A DNA stretch of 64,000 bases from Callorhinchus milii. Taxonomy: Eukaryota. The stretch is from assembly GCF_018977255.1 (NCBI RefSeq), contig NW_024704743.1:87918001-87982000 (forward strand), read 5' to 3'. Below, one piece after another: positions 38,321 through 50,155 of this stretch. The notes under the pieces were generated by a model that was given only the letters and a program-made list of their open reading frames with translations, was not told where the DNA came from and did no database searches. The position numbers and the translations under genes are program-made. How positions within the stretch are numbered: position 1 is the stretch's first letter; each line of letters begins with the position of its first letter.

Positions 38321-39057
38321 TTAATTTTACACTTTAAAATGGTCAATGCACAAGAAACAATGCGAACAGGAATGCAAGTCACAAGGTTTAATCAACTTGC
38401 ATGTTGTATTGGAATCTAGCTTGGCAGGATTTCAGGCTACTGTGTGGTGTAAGTGACAAAAGTGTGCCATTTCTGTTGACTATGCAGGTGTATTCATCTA
38501 ACTTGCAATCTGCTCTCACTGTTGGTTTCATGGCCCAGCTTCCGAAATGCAATCTGCATCGAATCTTGATTTTGCTGACATAAGTGCTGGAATACATTCT
38601 GCTCTTCATTGTTGACTTGGCTGAGATGAGGGATGCCTTGCAAACTTCACAGCCTGAAGAATTAAGGTACATTCAGGATAATAGTGACGGAATGTATCAG
38701 CCAGGGACATGGCTATCTGGTTGTTCTGCAAAGTCCTATACAACTTGATTTGAACCCTTTACAAGAGCTCTGTGGTCAGTACTGAGCCTCTGGTGATCTC
38801 AGAGTGAAGCTTGCACATTTTTAAAAATAATAATAGATATTAGTGAGGTAACACATGGACTTGGTATTCCTGAGGCAGAGGTGACTATCAGAGCAGGCGC
38901 TATCCCATCTGTTATCTCTGGCGCATGTTTTCTCATTGTGGAGTTGGATATGTCTGCTCTCTTCCCTTGCAGGATTTTCACAGAAGGGTCACAAACCCAG
39001 CCAAGACAAAACATAGACCTCATAGGGTAGGTGCATTAAATACCACGAAGGTCCAAA

Positions 39058-39128
39058 TCCCTGACTGTCCAGTGCCTTGGGACGTCCTCCTGACATGAAA
39101 GGCGCTATACAAATTTTTGTATTGTATT
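39058..39128 (+). mobile_element. Isolated L2 terminus
   Basis: ctgactgtccagtgccttgggacgtcctcctgacatgaaaggcgctatacaaat. Confidence 0.8.
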
Positions 39129-39349
39129 ACACACTAACATTTATGCGAAATAAATACAATTGCTGTAAATATTATTGTTTCATTGAATGTATCTGGATCC
39201 ACTTCTATCAAATGATCTTTTAAAAAATAACATGTATGCCACACAGTATCAGTAAATAGAGTGAAGAGCTTGCAAAGCCCTTTTGGTGCCAAGTCACCTT
39301 GGTTGCATCATACTGAATTTTGGAGCTGGTGAGATGTTATAAGTTATAA

Positions 39350-39777
39350 ATTAATAAACGTTGTATTTGATATTAAGCCTTATCACATCAAAATACCTCA
39401 GAACTCTTCCCTGCATTTTCGGAAAGGAGAGTGAGAATATATTTGCAGGCAAATATGGCAGGCAGATTGCACGTGGAAGTGTCTCCAAAAGCCATGAGGT
39501 GATTGACCAAATTTATCTAGGGGGATTGTTGGCCAGGACAATAGGAAAAAGTTCCTTGTCTTTTCAAATTGTGCTGTGGGATCTTTAACATCCACCTGAA
39601 CAGGTCTCCAGGACTTCAGTTTTAACATCTCAACCAAAGGACAGCACCTCTGACAATGCAGTGCTCCCCCAGCACTGCATTGGAGTATCAACCTAAACTG
39701 TGATTTCAGAGTCCCAACAAGGGATGTGAAACAACCTTCTAACATACAGGCAAGAGCGCTACTAACAGTCAGACTGT
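39350..39777 (-). mobile_element. Deu-domain SINE
   Basis: gggatctttaacatccacctgaacagg...ggacagcacctctgacaatgcagtgctccc...actgcattggagt. Confidence 0.85.
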
Positions 39778-41844
39778 CACTTGTAAGGAATGTTCAGAAT
39801 TCTGCATTGCTTGCATTTAACAACAATTTGCTTTTATGTAGCGCCCTTCACATGTGTAGCGTTTTGGAGTGATAGATAAATATCAGAGCCTAAACTCTAA
39901 ACAATTGAGTTTTCACTTCAGTGAATATTGCCTCTGAAATACAAGTGTGATGAAGCATAATTGAACAGCATGAATTGCCAGTGTGTCGTAGCTTTTCCCT
40001 TCTGCTGTTGAAAGATGATACAAATTTGTTAGGAATGATGTCTTCAGAATGTAAACCTCATCCTGAAGGGGCTGAGTGGCAACTTGTGCCCCTGATGATT
40101 TGATGAAGTAGCTCTCAGTTTCAGAATAATCATTACATCTGGAATACAACCGGACAAGATGATTGTATTCCGGACAAAAAGATCACATAAAGCAAAATAA
40201 AATGATCTTGGTGAATCCATTTCACAGTAAATCCTGAGAGGCACCTTTTATGTTTAGATGAAGTTTCTGAGCTCTTCAAAGGATCAATTGCAAAGTGGAG
40301 TGACTGTTTATTTGTAGACGAATAGTTATGTCCATCAGATGAGCTAATACCATCATACACTTGATGGGTTGAATGGCCTTTCTGATTGATCCAACATAGC
40401 ATTGTGGTTTCAGCCTACATTCATTAAATTGTGTCAAAGTTCAGGAAATCGCTTGTAAAGGCATTTTAATAACCAACGTCTAATTAGACATGTGTAGGAA
40501 GGTTTGTATTGCAATATTATTGGACTTCCATTTTTCCTGCTGACAAGTGACTTGTCAGCAACTGGTCCAAGTATGTAGTAATCCTGTTTAAGATTTCATT
40601 TTAAGACCTGTTATAAAACAGATGACAATTATTTTCCTTCAGCAGCCACACGTTCATAAAAGGGAAAAGAAACACCCAGTGTTACACTATTAGGCAACAT
40701 TACACAAACTAAGCAATCAACATATCATGCTTGCAAACTTTAACAGTAATGTAGACATGCAGAAACAGGTGGATTGTGGGAAAATATGACAACAGATTAA
40801 TCCTGTTTCTACACTTCTGAAACCTTAAAAGGTCCCAGGCCATCACCATATACAATTCCATATGCATATCCAGAGCTTCCACCACATTCCAGTCCTTCTA
40901 TCAGATTCCAGATTTTACCAAGGTTACAGACCTTACACTAGGTCCCATAAGTTATACAAAGTCCTCCCAGTCACTAATGTAGCTTCCGTTCCCATCAAAA
41001 ATATGCTTTGGTTACTTTTTTACAGTGCTTATAAAGACTTGCAAGGCTCCATCCATAAATATGCCCTTTTTGCTGCTGCTGTTGAGATATTGTCCTCAGG
41101 AATTCCACACTACACAGCTGGATTCTAAGACTTGTTTGAATTTTATTGGGGTCAAGTGACTCATTAGCTGCTTGAGAAGCAATGTGATACTCATTCTGCA
41201 GGTGTGTTGCCATTGACGCCTATTCTTTCGTTACCTCTAATAATTTTATTTCTCATCATTGACACCCAGGAATGCTGGATGTCCAAGTGCTGTCCTTCGA
41301 GCTCTCTTGTTGTCATTGAAAAATATGCTTCTCTCTTATTTTTAGCAAAAAGAGGAATGTTGGCCCCTATTTAACTTACTTGTACAGCTGCTTAGGACTT
41401 GTTCTGAGTTTCTTTTTTTCTCATAAATGGTTGCTTCACACATTCCTTAAAATGGTCCTAAAAGGAAAATTCTTCTGTTTACATTGTTGAGCCTGCTTCC
41501 CAATTATTTCTCTGTAAGTATGTTTTCATAGCTCCAAAGTAAGCCCTCCTAAAGTCTTCGACGCTGGTGCGCTTATTCTTTGCTTTTATTATGATATAAC
41601 ACCCAGCTTACAATTCTTACCAAGATCACAATCATTGCAGATTATTTATTTATAAATAATAAATGTAAAACTGATTTTTTTGAACCCTGCTTTGAAAGTT
41701 ATGGAAGGGTCACTGACTATGGAATTGGTTGAACTTTTACCTATTGCTTTAATGCATCCTCAGTCCATCCACTTATATTGGAAACCTCTTAATATTATTT
41801 TAGATTATCTACAAAATATGACCAATTGACCATGACTCAAATTA

Positions 41845-42128
41845 CTTCAGAGGTTTTACTGTAAGGTGTAGTGACTGTATTTTGGAGCAAACATAACAGA
41901 CAATTTGTGCATGGCAATGTCCCCAAACAGCCATGAGATGAATGACTGACTTCATCTAATTGTTGGCCAGGACACTGGGAGAAACTCCCTTCTCTTTTCG
42001 AATAGTGCCATGGCATCTTTAACAATCACCGGAACAGGCAGACAGGGCTTCGGATTAACTTTTCATCTAAACGATGGCATCGCCAACAATGTGAAGCGAG
42101 AGTGCTACCAATTGAGTCAGGCTGACAC
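41845..42128 (-). mobile_element. Deu-domain SINE
   Basis: ttggccaggacactgggagaaactcccttctcttttcgaatagtgccatgg. Confidence 0.8.
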
Positions 42129-42239
42129 CAATGATAATTTCCACTCAGGTTATTTCTTTTGCTCTCTCCCATTTTGTTCAATGTCTACTTTTTATATAGC
42201 TGTTCTTTCATTTCCTGATTTAAATGTAAGTGAAACATT

Positions 42240-42490
42240 TACAGTGCTATGGGATAAGAGCGGGGGAGTGGGACTAGTTGGACAGCTCTTTAAAAGAGCC
42301 GGCTCAGGCACAATGGGCCGAATGACCTCCTTCTGTGCTGTAAGATTCTATGATTGTTTTGGTAATCTTTCCCCTCTCCACCCTCTTTGGCTCCCAACCC
42401 CAGCTCAGTTGCCCAGCCAGTACTGTGAAGTGCTTTGAGATGTCCTCTGGACATGAAAGGAGCTACATAAATGTAAATTGTATCGTATAC
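42240..42490 (+). mobile_element. CR1 tail (42240-42357) followed by L2 tail (42360-42490)
   Basis: gggccgaatgacctccttctgtgctgtaagattctatgatt; gatgtcctctggacatgaaaggagctacataaatg. Confidence 0.75.
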
Positions 42491-43034
42491 TGAGAGCACA
42501 GAACTAAGAGTGCAAGTTTACAATTAACAGACCTCAAAAGATATGAGAGGTGACTGCCCTCCCTCGAACAAAGTTATTGATACCTGAACAAAGTCCCCAC
42601 TGAATACTATGCAGCTCAAATCCTTTTAAAAAGAAAGCTAAATAAACATTTGGTTGGGCATTGGATTGAAGGTTACAAGGGTAAGTCTGGACAGAAATGA
42701 TTGAATACTCAGTGATCCCTGTGCTGCTGAGATCATGGCAATGCCATCTGTGGGAAGCAAACAGGCATGGTTGAATAATGCAGATTGTAAGGTTAGATTG
42801 ATATTTTGCTGTTTTTGCTTGATAACGGTTGGGGAGTCAGGAAGACTTTTTGTACAAATTTCCCTCGTCAGATTAAAGGAAAAAATAACAGAATTACTTT
42901 ATCTGCAATATCTTCTTTCTTGCACTACACTTTCTTGAATAAAAATTATATTTAACGATAAAAAAGAACTTGTTACTGTGTCGTGTCAAAATATTCAAAG
43001 TACTTCACAAGTTATATTGTCAAGTGTAGTGAGG

Positions 43035-43272
43035 GCCCATTTGCTTGTTTAGGTGGACATTGAAAATTCCTTGGCCACTATTTGAAAAAGAGAAAAAAGT
43101 TTTCTGCCTAATAAACCCCCAGATAAAATTGATAATTCACTTCACAGCTGTTTATGACAGTGCTATGATAAATTGACTGCCACATTCGAAAAATGCAGTC
43201 ACTACAATTTTAGATGTCCTCCTGACATGAAAAGTGTTACATAAAATTCAAGTTTTATTGTATTATTATTAC
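43035..43272 (+). mobile_element. Deu-domain SINE fragment
   Basis: aggtggacattgaaaattcc...cccagataaaattg...gatgtcctcctgacatgaaaag. Confidence 0.7.
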
Positions 43273-43539
43273 TACAGTATATGTAATCATTCAGTTTTAG
43301 ATGCTGATTCTGCTGTTGTAGATTTCTAACATTCTTCTTTTGCTCCTTTTCTATATCTTCATTTCTACATCTAGAATATAATAGACTGTAAGATTACATT
43401 TGGCTTAACATTGCAGAAATCTTGGTTTTTTTTCTACTGTAGCCTTTACCTCTGTAGTTACAACAGTATATAATTAAAAAAATCTTTGTAATTATTTTTA
43501 ACTTACTGCAGTACAAAGGGCATATTACTCCCAATCCGT

Positions 43540-43645
43540 GCACCCAAACACAGTATCATAGAAAGCATATTCTGTGAAGCGCTTTGAGACGTCTCGAAGA
43601 TGTGAAGAGCGCTATATCAAATGCAAGGATTATAATTATTATTAT
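43540..43645 (+). mobile_element. SINE tail
   Basis: ttctgtgaagcgctttgagacgtctcgaagatgtgaagagcgctatatcaaatgcaaggatt. Confidence 0.8.
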
Positions 43646-44072
43646 AGTAAGATTTGATCAGGTTGAAGAAAGGAAGCAATTTATTGAAATTGAAATAAAA
43701 TTTACATACTGGTATTTCAGATTCCGTCTATGAATTTGAAGTAATGTTAGTGAAATCTGGAGATCAATAGAAATCTTCTCTTTCTACATCTACACCAGTA
43801 TTCTCTGAATATGGTAAATAGGATGTGGCTATGCTCAATGAATTTAAAATACATTATACAACGCCAGTCAAATACTATTGTAGTAAATTGTTGACCTGAG
43901 GAGTACTGTGGCATATTATTTAGTGTTTGTAGCAAAATGTAGAGAGCTGAATGTTTTTGTTCATTTTCTTCACCAGAGTGGTGATCAATTCAAGGCCCAA
44001 ATTGCAACAAATGAAGATTTCAAATGAAAAAAATGCAGAGTATAAGCTTATTGAAGTTTGCTGTCCTTTCTC

Positions 44073-44460
44073 TCAGCCTGGCTTAGTTGATAGCACTCTC
44101 TGGGTCTGAAGGTTGTGGGTTTAAGCCCCACGTTAGGAGCTCAAACCTGGGCTGACATTCCAGTGTCAGGGCAAAACTCAGGGAGGGCTGTGTCATTGGA
44201 GATGCTATCTTTCAGATGAGATATTAAACTGAAGATCTGTCTGACCGTTCAGTGGACATTAAATATCATATGACACTATTCAAAAAGAGGAGGGAGTTTC
44301 ACATTCTAATGTTGCAGCCAACAATCTGCCAGATTAATTGGTCATAGCCTCATGGCTGTTTGTAGGACATTTCTAGTCCAGATGCCTCCTATGTTTGTCT
44401 ACAAGTACACTTGACAGTAATTATCTGTATAGAGCTTTCAGATGTTTTGACAGAGTGCAC
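44073..44460 (+). mobile_element. Full-length decayed Deu-domain SINE
   Basis: cagcctggcttagttgatagcactct head, gggtttaagcccc B box, gctgacattccagtg core. Confidence 0.85.
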
Positions 44461-44600
44461 AATAACTACCTTGTGACTGTGTGTTTGTAGGCAGACATCA
44501 TCAGATGGGTTAATTCCCACCATGTGATGTCATCGGACATAATTATCACATTGAATGTTGCATTTTTCAACCCATTGACATTTTGAGGTGAAATGCAGGG

Positions 44601-44910
44601 AATAATAATAATCCTTGCATTTGATGTAGCGCTTTTCGCGTCGGGAGGACGTCCCAAAGCGCTTCACAGAACACACTGTATAGTGAGTTGACTCTATATT
44701 TGTGGGCGAACACGGCAGCCAATTGCGTACAGCAATGTCCCACAAACAGTCGTAGATTGAAAATGACCAATTTATTATTGTTTTGGGTTTTGGAGGGATT
44801 ATTATTAAGCGTCTGGAGTAAGGAAACTTGCCCAAGGTTTCGCCCTGCCTGGAATTGAACTCAGGTCTCTCACTTGCAAAGCGAGTGCTCTAACCATGGA
44901 GCTACAGGAC
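44601..44910 (-). mobile_element. SINE with tRNA-Ala(TGC)-like head
   Basis: Minus strand gtcctgtagctccatggttagagcactcgctttgcaagtgagagacctgagttcaattcc; tail gggacgtcctcccgacgcgaaaagcgctac. Confidence 0.9.
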
Positions 44911-45439
44911 TCTGAGTGAGTCAGCCAGCTCTATATAGACTGTGGTACAGTTGTCAAATGTGTGAGGGATTCTCTGAAGAGTACACAACTTCCCTCATTC
45001 GCATAAAGAATGGAGGTTGAGTTGGAGTGGTCCTCCGGGACTAAGGGGAAGATGTTGATGTATTTATTTTTCCACCTCTTCTCAATTGATGGCTGGAGAA
45101 TATGTTAGCCCGTAGGCACGAGGAGGATTTCCAACTACATGTGGCAGTGAACTATTTTTGGAGTCTTGCCATCTGTGACCTAGGCACAGGTAAAGATTAT
45201 ACTGGAATGTTGTCCCTATTGTTGTCAATACTTTGCCAGTAGGAAGATCTGTCCTTGATGCAGAAAAGGGGCAGCTGAGAGGCTGTAGGCCTTTGGTGGA
45301 TACTAATTGACTTCTCACATAATATAGAACATATAGTGATGCAGGACCAGAGGAAGGCATTTCAAGCTGTTGATCCTGCACCATCATTACATTTATGACA
45401 ACACTTTTCAATTCAATTTCCTGCTTTTTGTTCATATTT

Positions 45440-45598
45440 CTTTCACTTCATTGCAGTTTTGTGAGCCATTGCACAAATTGGTTGCTGCATTTGCCTACAA
45501 ATCCAGTCATTACATTTCACATCTGATGAAGTGCATTGAAATATCCTCTTAACGTGAAAGCTGCTATACTAAATGAAAGGATTATTATTATAATTAAT
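45440..45598 (+). mobile_element. SINE 3' half
   Basis: gcacaaattggttgctgcatttgcctacaaat...aaatgaaaggattatta. Confidence 0.7.
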
Positions 45599-46406
45599 TA
45601 TATCGTTGTCCTGGAGGACAAGGTAAGATATGTGGCCCTGAGCTAGACTTGTGTACCTGATATATATTCAGGTCATCTGTCTGAAAGAATGAAGCTGATT
45701 GTTGGGCTCAGCTCGATGTCTGATATATGCAGAAACCCATCGCTGTGCTTAAGAGTAACCTAACCAGATTGACAGTTCCATATATGTGTTATACGTTCCA
45801 CCTAATTTCCATTTGTCTGGAATGGAATGCTCACTCTCTTTCTGGAGAGTCACATCCGGCTTATCTAATTCCAGAGAGTATTATGTATTTGGCAAGAGCT
45901 AAGGCTTGGGGACTCCAGAGTGTGAGTTGGTGTACACCAGAGCTAAACCAGCTGACCTGCTGGAATTGCTATTAAAAGTACTCTGTTAAGATTCCTGATA
46001 TTTGTTCAGCTGGGACCACCCTATCTGTTAACACTGTCTCTGCAGTGAAGATATGTGATCTAGCGGCGTAAGGCTGGGGTTATAGAACAAGAATGGGGAG
46101 GAGAAGAGTAGGCAGTTGTCTTGTTTCATCTGTTTAAATGGGTCCCTAAGTGGTATATACTTTCACTTAGGGGACCAATTGGATTACCTACTTTTTGCAA
46201 GCATGGAAATGTTATCTAAATTTTTCAGTCAACATAATTGGGATTTTGCCTTGTTGTCTTCTACCAGGTACAGGGGCATATTGCCCTCTTGTGCCTTAGT
46301 AGTTGTGCATTTTTAGAGTAAATGCTTCCTGATTTGAAATGGGTCATTTGGCTGCCTAACTCTGTTCCTGTTTCCTCGCTAGCCCTATATTCCCCATTAA
46401 TTTATT

Positions 46407-47567
46407 TGTGCCTCCTCGTCCTCCTCGACCTCTCTGCTGCCTTTGATACCATGGACCATTCCATCCTCCTCCACCGCTACTCCTCTTACCTCAACCTTCA
46501 AGGTTCTGTCCTTGAATGGTTCAGGTCTTATCTCTCACAATGCCACCAATTTGTCTCTGCCAACGGTTTCTCTTCCAGCCCCTGCATAGTTTCATGTGGT
46601 GTTCCTCAGGGCTCTGTCCTCGGTTCCCTCCTTACGCGCAGATATCATCCAACTCTATCTCTCTGCCTCCACCCTCAATTCCAGAACAACTGACGTCCTG
46701 ACAAACTGTCTGTCTGACATCAAGTCTTGGATGAGAGCCAATTTTCTACAGCTGAATGTCAGCAAGACCTCGGCCCTACTGATTGCCTCACGCCAGAGTC
46801 TTAACACCTCAGGCACTGGCAGTATCAGCATCCACAAATGCACACTCCACGTCACCAAGCCAGTTAGGAACCTTGGCATCTTGTTCGACACTCAACTGTC
46901 CTTTCTCCCCTATATCCATGCCATGACCCACTCTTCCATCCCCCACCTCCGCAACGTTGCCCAACTCCGCCACTGCCTCAACCCTCAGACCACCAAAATC
47001 CTCATACACGCATTCATCACCTCAAGACTCGCCCATGGAAACTCCTCCTTGATAGCCTCCCCATTTCTTCCCTCCACAAGCTGCAGATCATCCAGAACTC
47101 TGCAGCTCGTGTCCTCTTCCACTCCAGGCTCCGTGACCCCATCACTCCCACCCACGCCCGGCTCCACTGGCTCCCCATCCATCAGAGGAAAGAATTCAAA
47201 ATCCTCGTCCTCACTTTCAAGCCATCCACGGCCTTGCCCCCTCCTACATCTCTGACCTGCTGACCCCCTATCAACCTGTCCGCTCCCTCGCTCAACAGGC
47301 TCTGGTCTGTTCCAGGTCTCCTGCCCGACCCACCTACCATCGGCGGCCAGGCTTTCAGCCTCTCTGCCCCCACGCGTTGGAACTCCATGCCATAATCCCT
47401 TCGCCTTGCTCCCTCTCTTGCCTCCTTCAAGGCACAACTCCTACTCCTTCTGCCCTCCCTCATCCCAACCCTGCCCTCCACACTTGGGTCCTGATCCCTG
47501 ACTGTTCAGTGCCTTGAGACATCCTCCCGAAATGAAAGGTGCTTTACAAATGTAATTTTGTTGTTGT
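46407..47567 (+). mobile_element. 5'-truncated L2 LINE (RT to 3' end)
   Basis: [53 protein letters not shown] region deleted; (TTG)n tail. Confidence 0.95.
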
Positions 47568-48149
47568 GACCTAACTCAATGTATATTTATGAGAATTCTT
47601 AAAAGAGGCTTATTTGTGAGAATCAGCCAAGATAATGCTGGACTTGAGGTACAGCTCTCACCATTGGGGGCAAGTGAAGCGGGGGACGTGAAGCAGGATC
47701 CACCCCACCATTTCTTTTTATGTATAAAAATGTGAAGCATTTTTATATATAATATGGCGTTTTAAACAACTGGTACATCATGCTTGATAAACTTTATTAT
47801 TTTAAGAATCTTCTTTCCTTCTGTCTCTATGTGACTGTGTAAATTGTTCAATATGCTCTTCTGAATAGACGCCCAGTGAAGATGTCTGGTTTTAGCAATC
47901 AAACCAATCTAGCTCAGCAGGGTGCCACTGCTGTCTTCACTTTGGTGCTGACAACAGAACAGTAATTATTGGATACGAGACTGAGAGTGCAGCAAATGTT
48001 GTGCTAATTTATAGAATATGCTCCAATGGCTTGAAAGTGCACCATGTGAACTTCTGTTGGATGCAACAAAGTGGATATTTCCTTTTGAAGAAGTGGTTGA
48101 TATTGTTATGGGATATGTTGAGCGGTTGTTGCCAAGGGGGAAGTTGAAC

Positions 48150-48290
48150 AAGATCTAGGGGTGTTAGTTGACTCATCGCTCACCATGTCAAAACAGTGTG
48201 AAGCAGCAATAAATAAGGCAAGCAGGATGCTAAGCTGAATTGCCAAATCAGTTAAGTTCAGATCCCAGAAGTCATGCTCAATCTATATTA
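48150..48290 (+). mobile_element. CR1 ORF2 fragment
   Basis: Translates DLGVLVDSSLTMSKQCEAAINKASRML. Confidence 0.8.
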
Positions 48291-48292
48291 TA

Positions 48293-48390
48293 CAGTCCCG
48301 TTTATGTCGACGTCGCAGGAAATGAGCAGATATTGTCAACATAAGCGGGTTTTGACAAAAACAGATTAACATCGGAGCTCAAAGGGAAGA
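48293..48390. mobile_element. One end of a Tigger/pogo-like DNA transposon
   Basis: TA followed by cagt, with subterminal inverted repeat cccgtttatgtcgac (48297-48311) / gtcaacataagcggg (48335-48349); other end not found. Confidence 0.5.
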
Positions 48391-48451
48391 ATTGAAATGT
48401 TCTTCCGGCATTGTAATTACACCTGCCTGGCAAGAGCAGCACATGCCACCT

Positions 48452-48518
48452 CATTCACTCGCTCGCTCGCTAACTCACTCACTCACTCACTCGCTAACTC
48501 ACTCACTCAATCACTCAG
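48452..48518. repeat. (CTCA/CTCG)n microsatellite
   Basis: cactcgctcgctcgctaactcactcactcactcactcgc. Confidence 0.85.
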
Positions 48519-48574
48519 TACCTTTAGCATATTTAAGTCCTTTATCATATCGCTTGTATTATTTCTTTGTAATC

Positions 48575-48650
48575 ATTTGTTGTAAGCTCTCTGCGACGTC
48601 GTCCGGCGTGGAGGGCGCTATATAAATCCAAGTTGTTGTAGTTGTTGTTG
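48575..48650 (+). mobile_element. L2-type terminus, second family
   Basis: gcgacgtcgtccggcgtggagggcgctatataaatccaagttgttgtagttgttg. Confidence 0.7.
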
Positions 48651-49156
48651 ACTTTCACTCAGTTTCTAACCTTCAATGATGTTATCATTAAGGCTTCAGT
48701 GTGGATGCTTGCAAAGTGTCAACAGAATTTTGGTAAAAAGCTCTCGAAAAGCACCTTAACTTTTTTGACCCAATTAACTTTGCCGTCCATCTGACAACTT
48801 CCAAAGTCTTTCACCAATTTAAGAAGGACTGACATTTGAGGGTTAGACAAAAATAACAAAATGTCAAAGGCTTGTAATGAAATCTTGTGGAACTAGGTAC
48901 TGATGCTTATTTCCTCTTTTTTGTTGTAGCTTGAGTTGTAGCTGGTAGAAACACTATAGAGAGAAAAGAGAGAGAGAGAAAAAGCAAAGACAACAAAGGA
49001 CAACCTCTGAGTGTCATCCCTTACCAGAAAAAAGGCTCAGAACCCAGTTTTCCACCATTATGGGAATTTGTTGTTGCTGTTGTTGTTATGGAGATAGTAG
49101 GGTCCTGTCCCAGTTTAATAATCGTTGCATTTGACATTATACCTATATCATCAAAA

Positions 49157-49540
49157 CAAAATATAATGTCAATTCACTTTACATTATATTCTGTGAAGCG
49201 CTTTGAGACATCTTAATGACATGATAAGGCGCTATATCAAATGCAAGGATTATTATTATTAAAACACTTTTATGGATAATTACTGTCAAGCATTGGGACT
49301 GCTTTCTGTAGAAAAATGAAGCCAGCCTTGAAATGAAAAAAAATTAATCTGAAGGAACCCATAACCCTCTGACCCAAAGGCTATTCAATGAGCCAAACTG
49401 ATATCTGTGCGCAATTGGTTGCTGCGTTTCACCCATAAAATATACAGTCAATTCACTTTACAGTATATTCTGTGAAGTGCTTTGAGACGTCAAGAAGATG
49501 TGATAAGGCGTTACAGCAAATGCAAGGATTATTATTATTA
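49157..49540 (+). mobile_element. Two SINE tail fragments (49157-49260, 49405-49540)
   Basis: gtcaattcactttaca..atattctgtgaag.gctttgagac...aaatgcaaggattattattatt occurs twice. Confidence 0.8.
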
Positions 49541-49899
49541 TCAGATTAACAAATTGTCTGCAAATTCAGAGTTTCTTAGCTTTCAATAGAACAATAGCAC
49601 TTTACATCACAGAAGAAGGTCTTTTGGCCCATTGTGTCTCTGCTGGTTCTTTAAAAGAGCAATCCATTCAGTCCCAATTTTCCTGCATTTTCTTGATACC
49701 CTTGCAAATTATTCCTTTTTAAATATCCATCTGGTTCCTTCTTAATATTGATCTTGCCTAAAATACCTGTGTTAAAAGTTGCTGTTGTTATTATTGACCC
49801 TCTGAAAGTCTCCATGGACGCTTATCTCAGTTCCCACTTCCAGCAAGTTGACCTCTGAATGCAGTTCCAGAGAGTTGGCCGGCTAGGGAATCAACAAGG

Positions 49900-50155
49900 A
49901 TTTGCCATTTCCGATCATTAACACCTCTTTAACCCATCATCCTCTGTCCTCTACCCCATTTTTGCCTTTGTCTTCCTTGCAGTGCCTCCCCTCTCTCTGT
50001 TAGCCCTTAAAAGCCTCTCCCTCCCAGTTCTGACGAAGGGTTGTGGACCCGAAATGTTGACCTTTCTCCATAGATGCTGCCTGACCTGCTGAGTATTTCC
50101 AGTGACTTCTGTTTTTGTTTCAGATTTCCGGCATCTGCAGTACTTTGCATTTTGA
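49900..50155 (+). mobile_element. Penelope-like element terminal repeat relic
   Basis: ctgacgaagggttgtggacccgaaatgttgac...agatgctgcctgacctgctgagtatttccag...ttcagatttccggcatctgcag, recalled as the PLE terminal repeat common in cartilaginous fishes. Confidence 0.7.
50026..50061 (+). ncRNA. Degenerate minimal type I hammerhead ribozyme motif
   Basis: CUGACGA at 50030-50036, stem II GGGU/ACCC (50038-41/50047-50), GAAA at 50051-54, then UGUU. Confidence 0.55.

Noticed and set aside
46596..47255. 219-aa ORF as an active reverse transcriptase
   Set aside because: L2 fragment with the YADD region deleted and frameshifts on both sides
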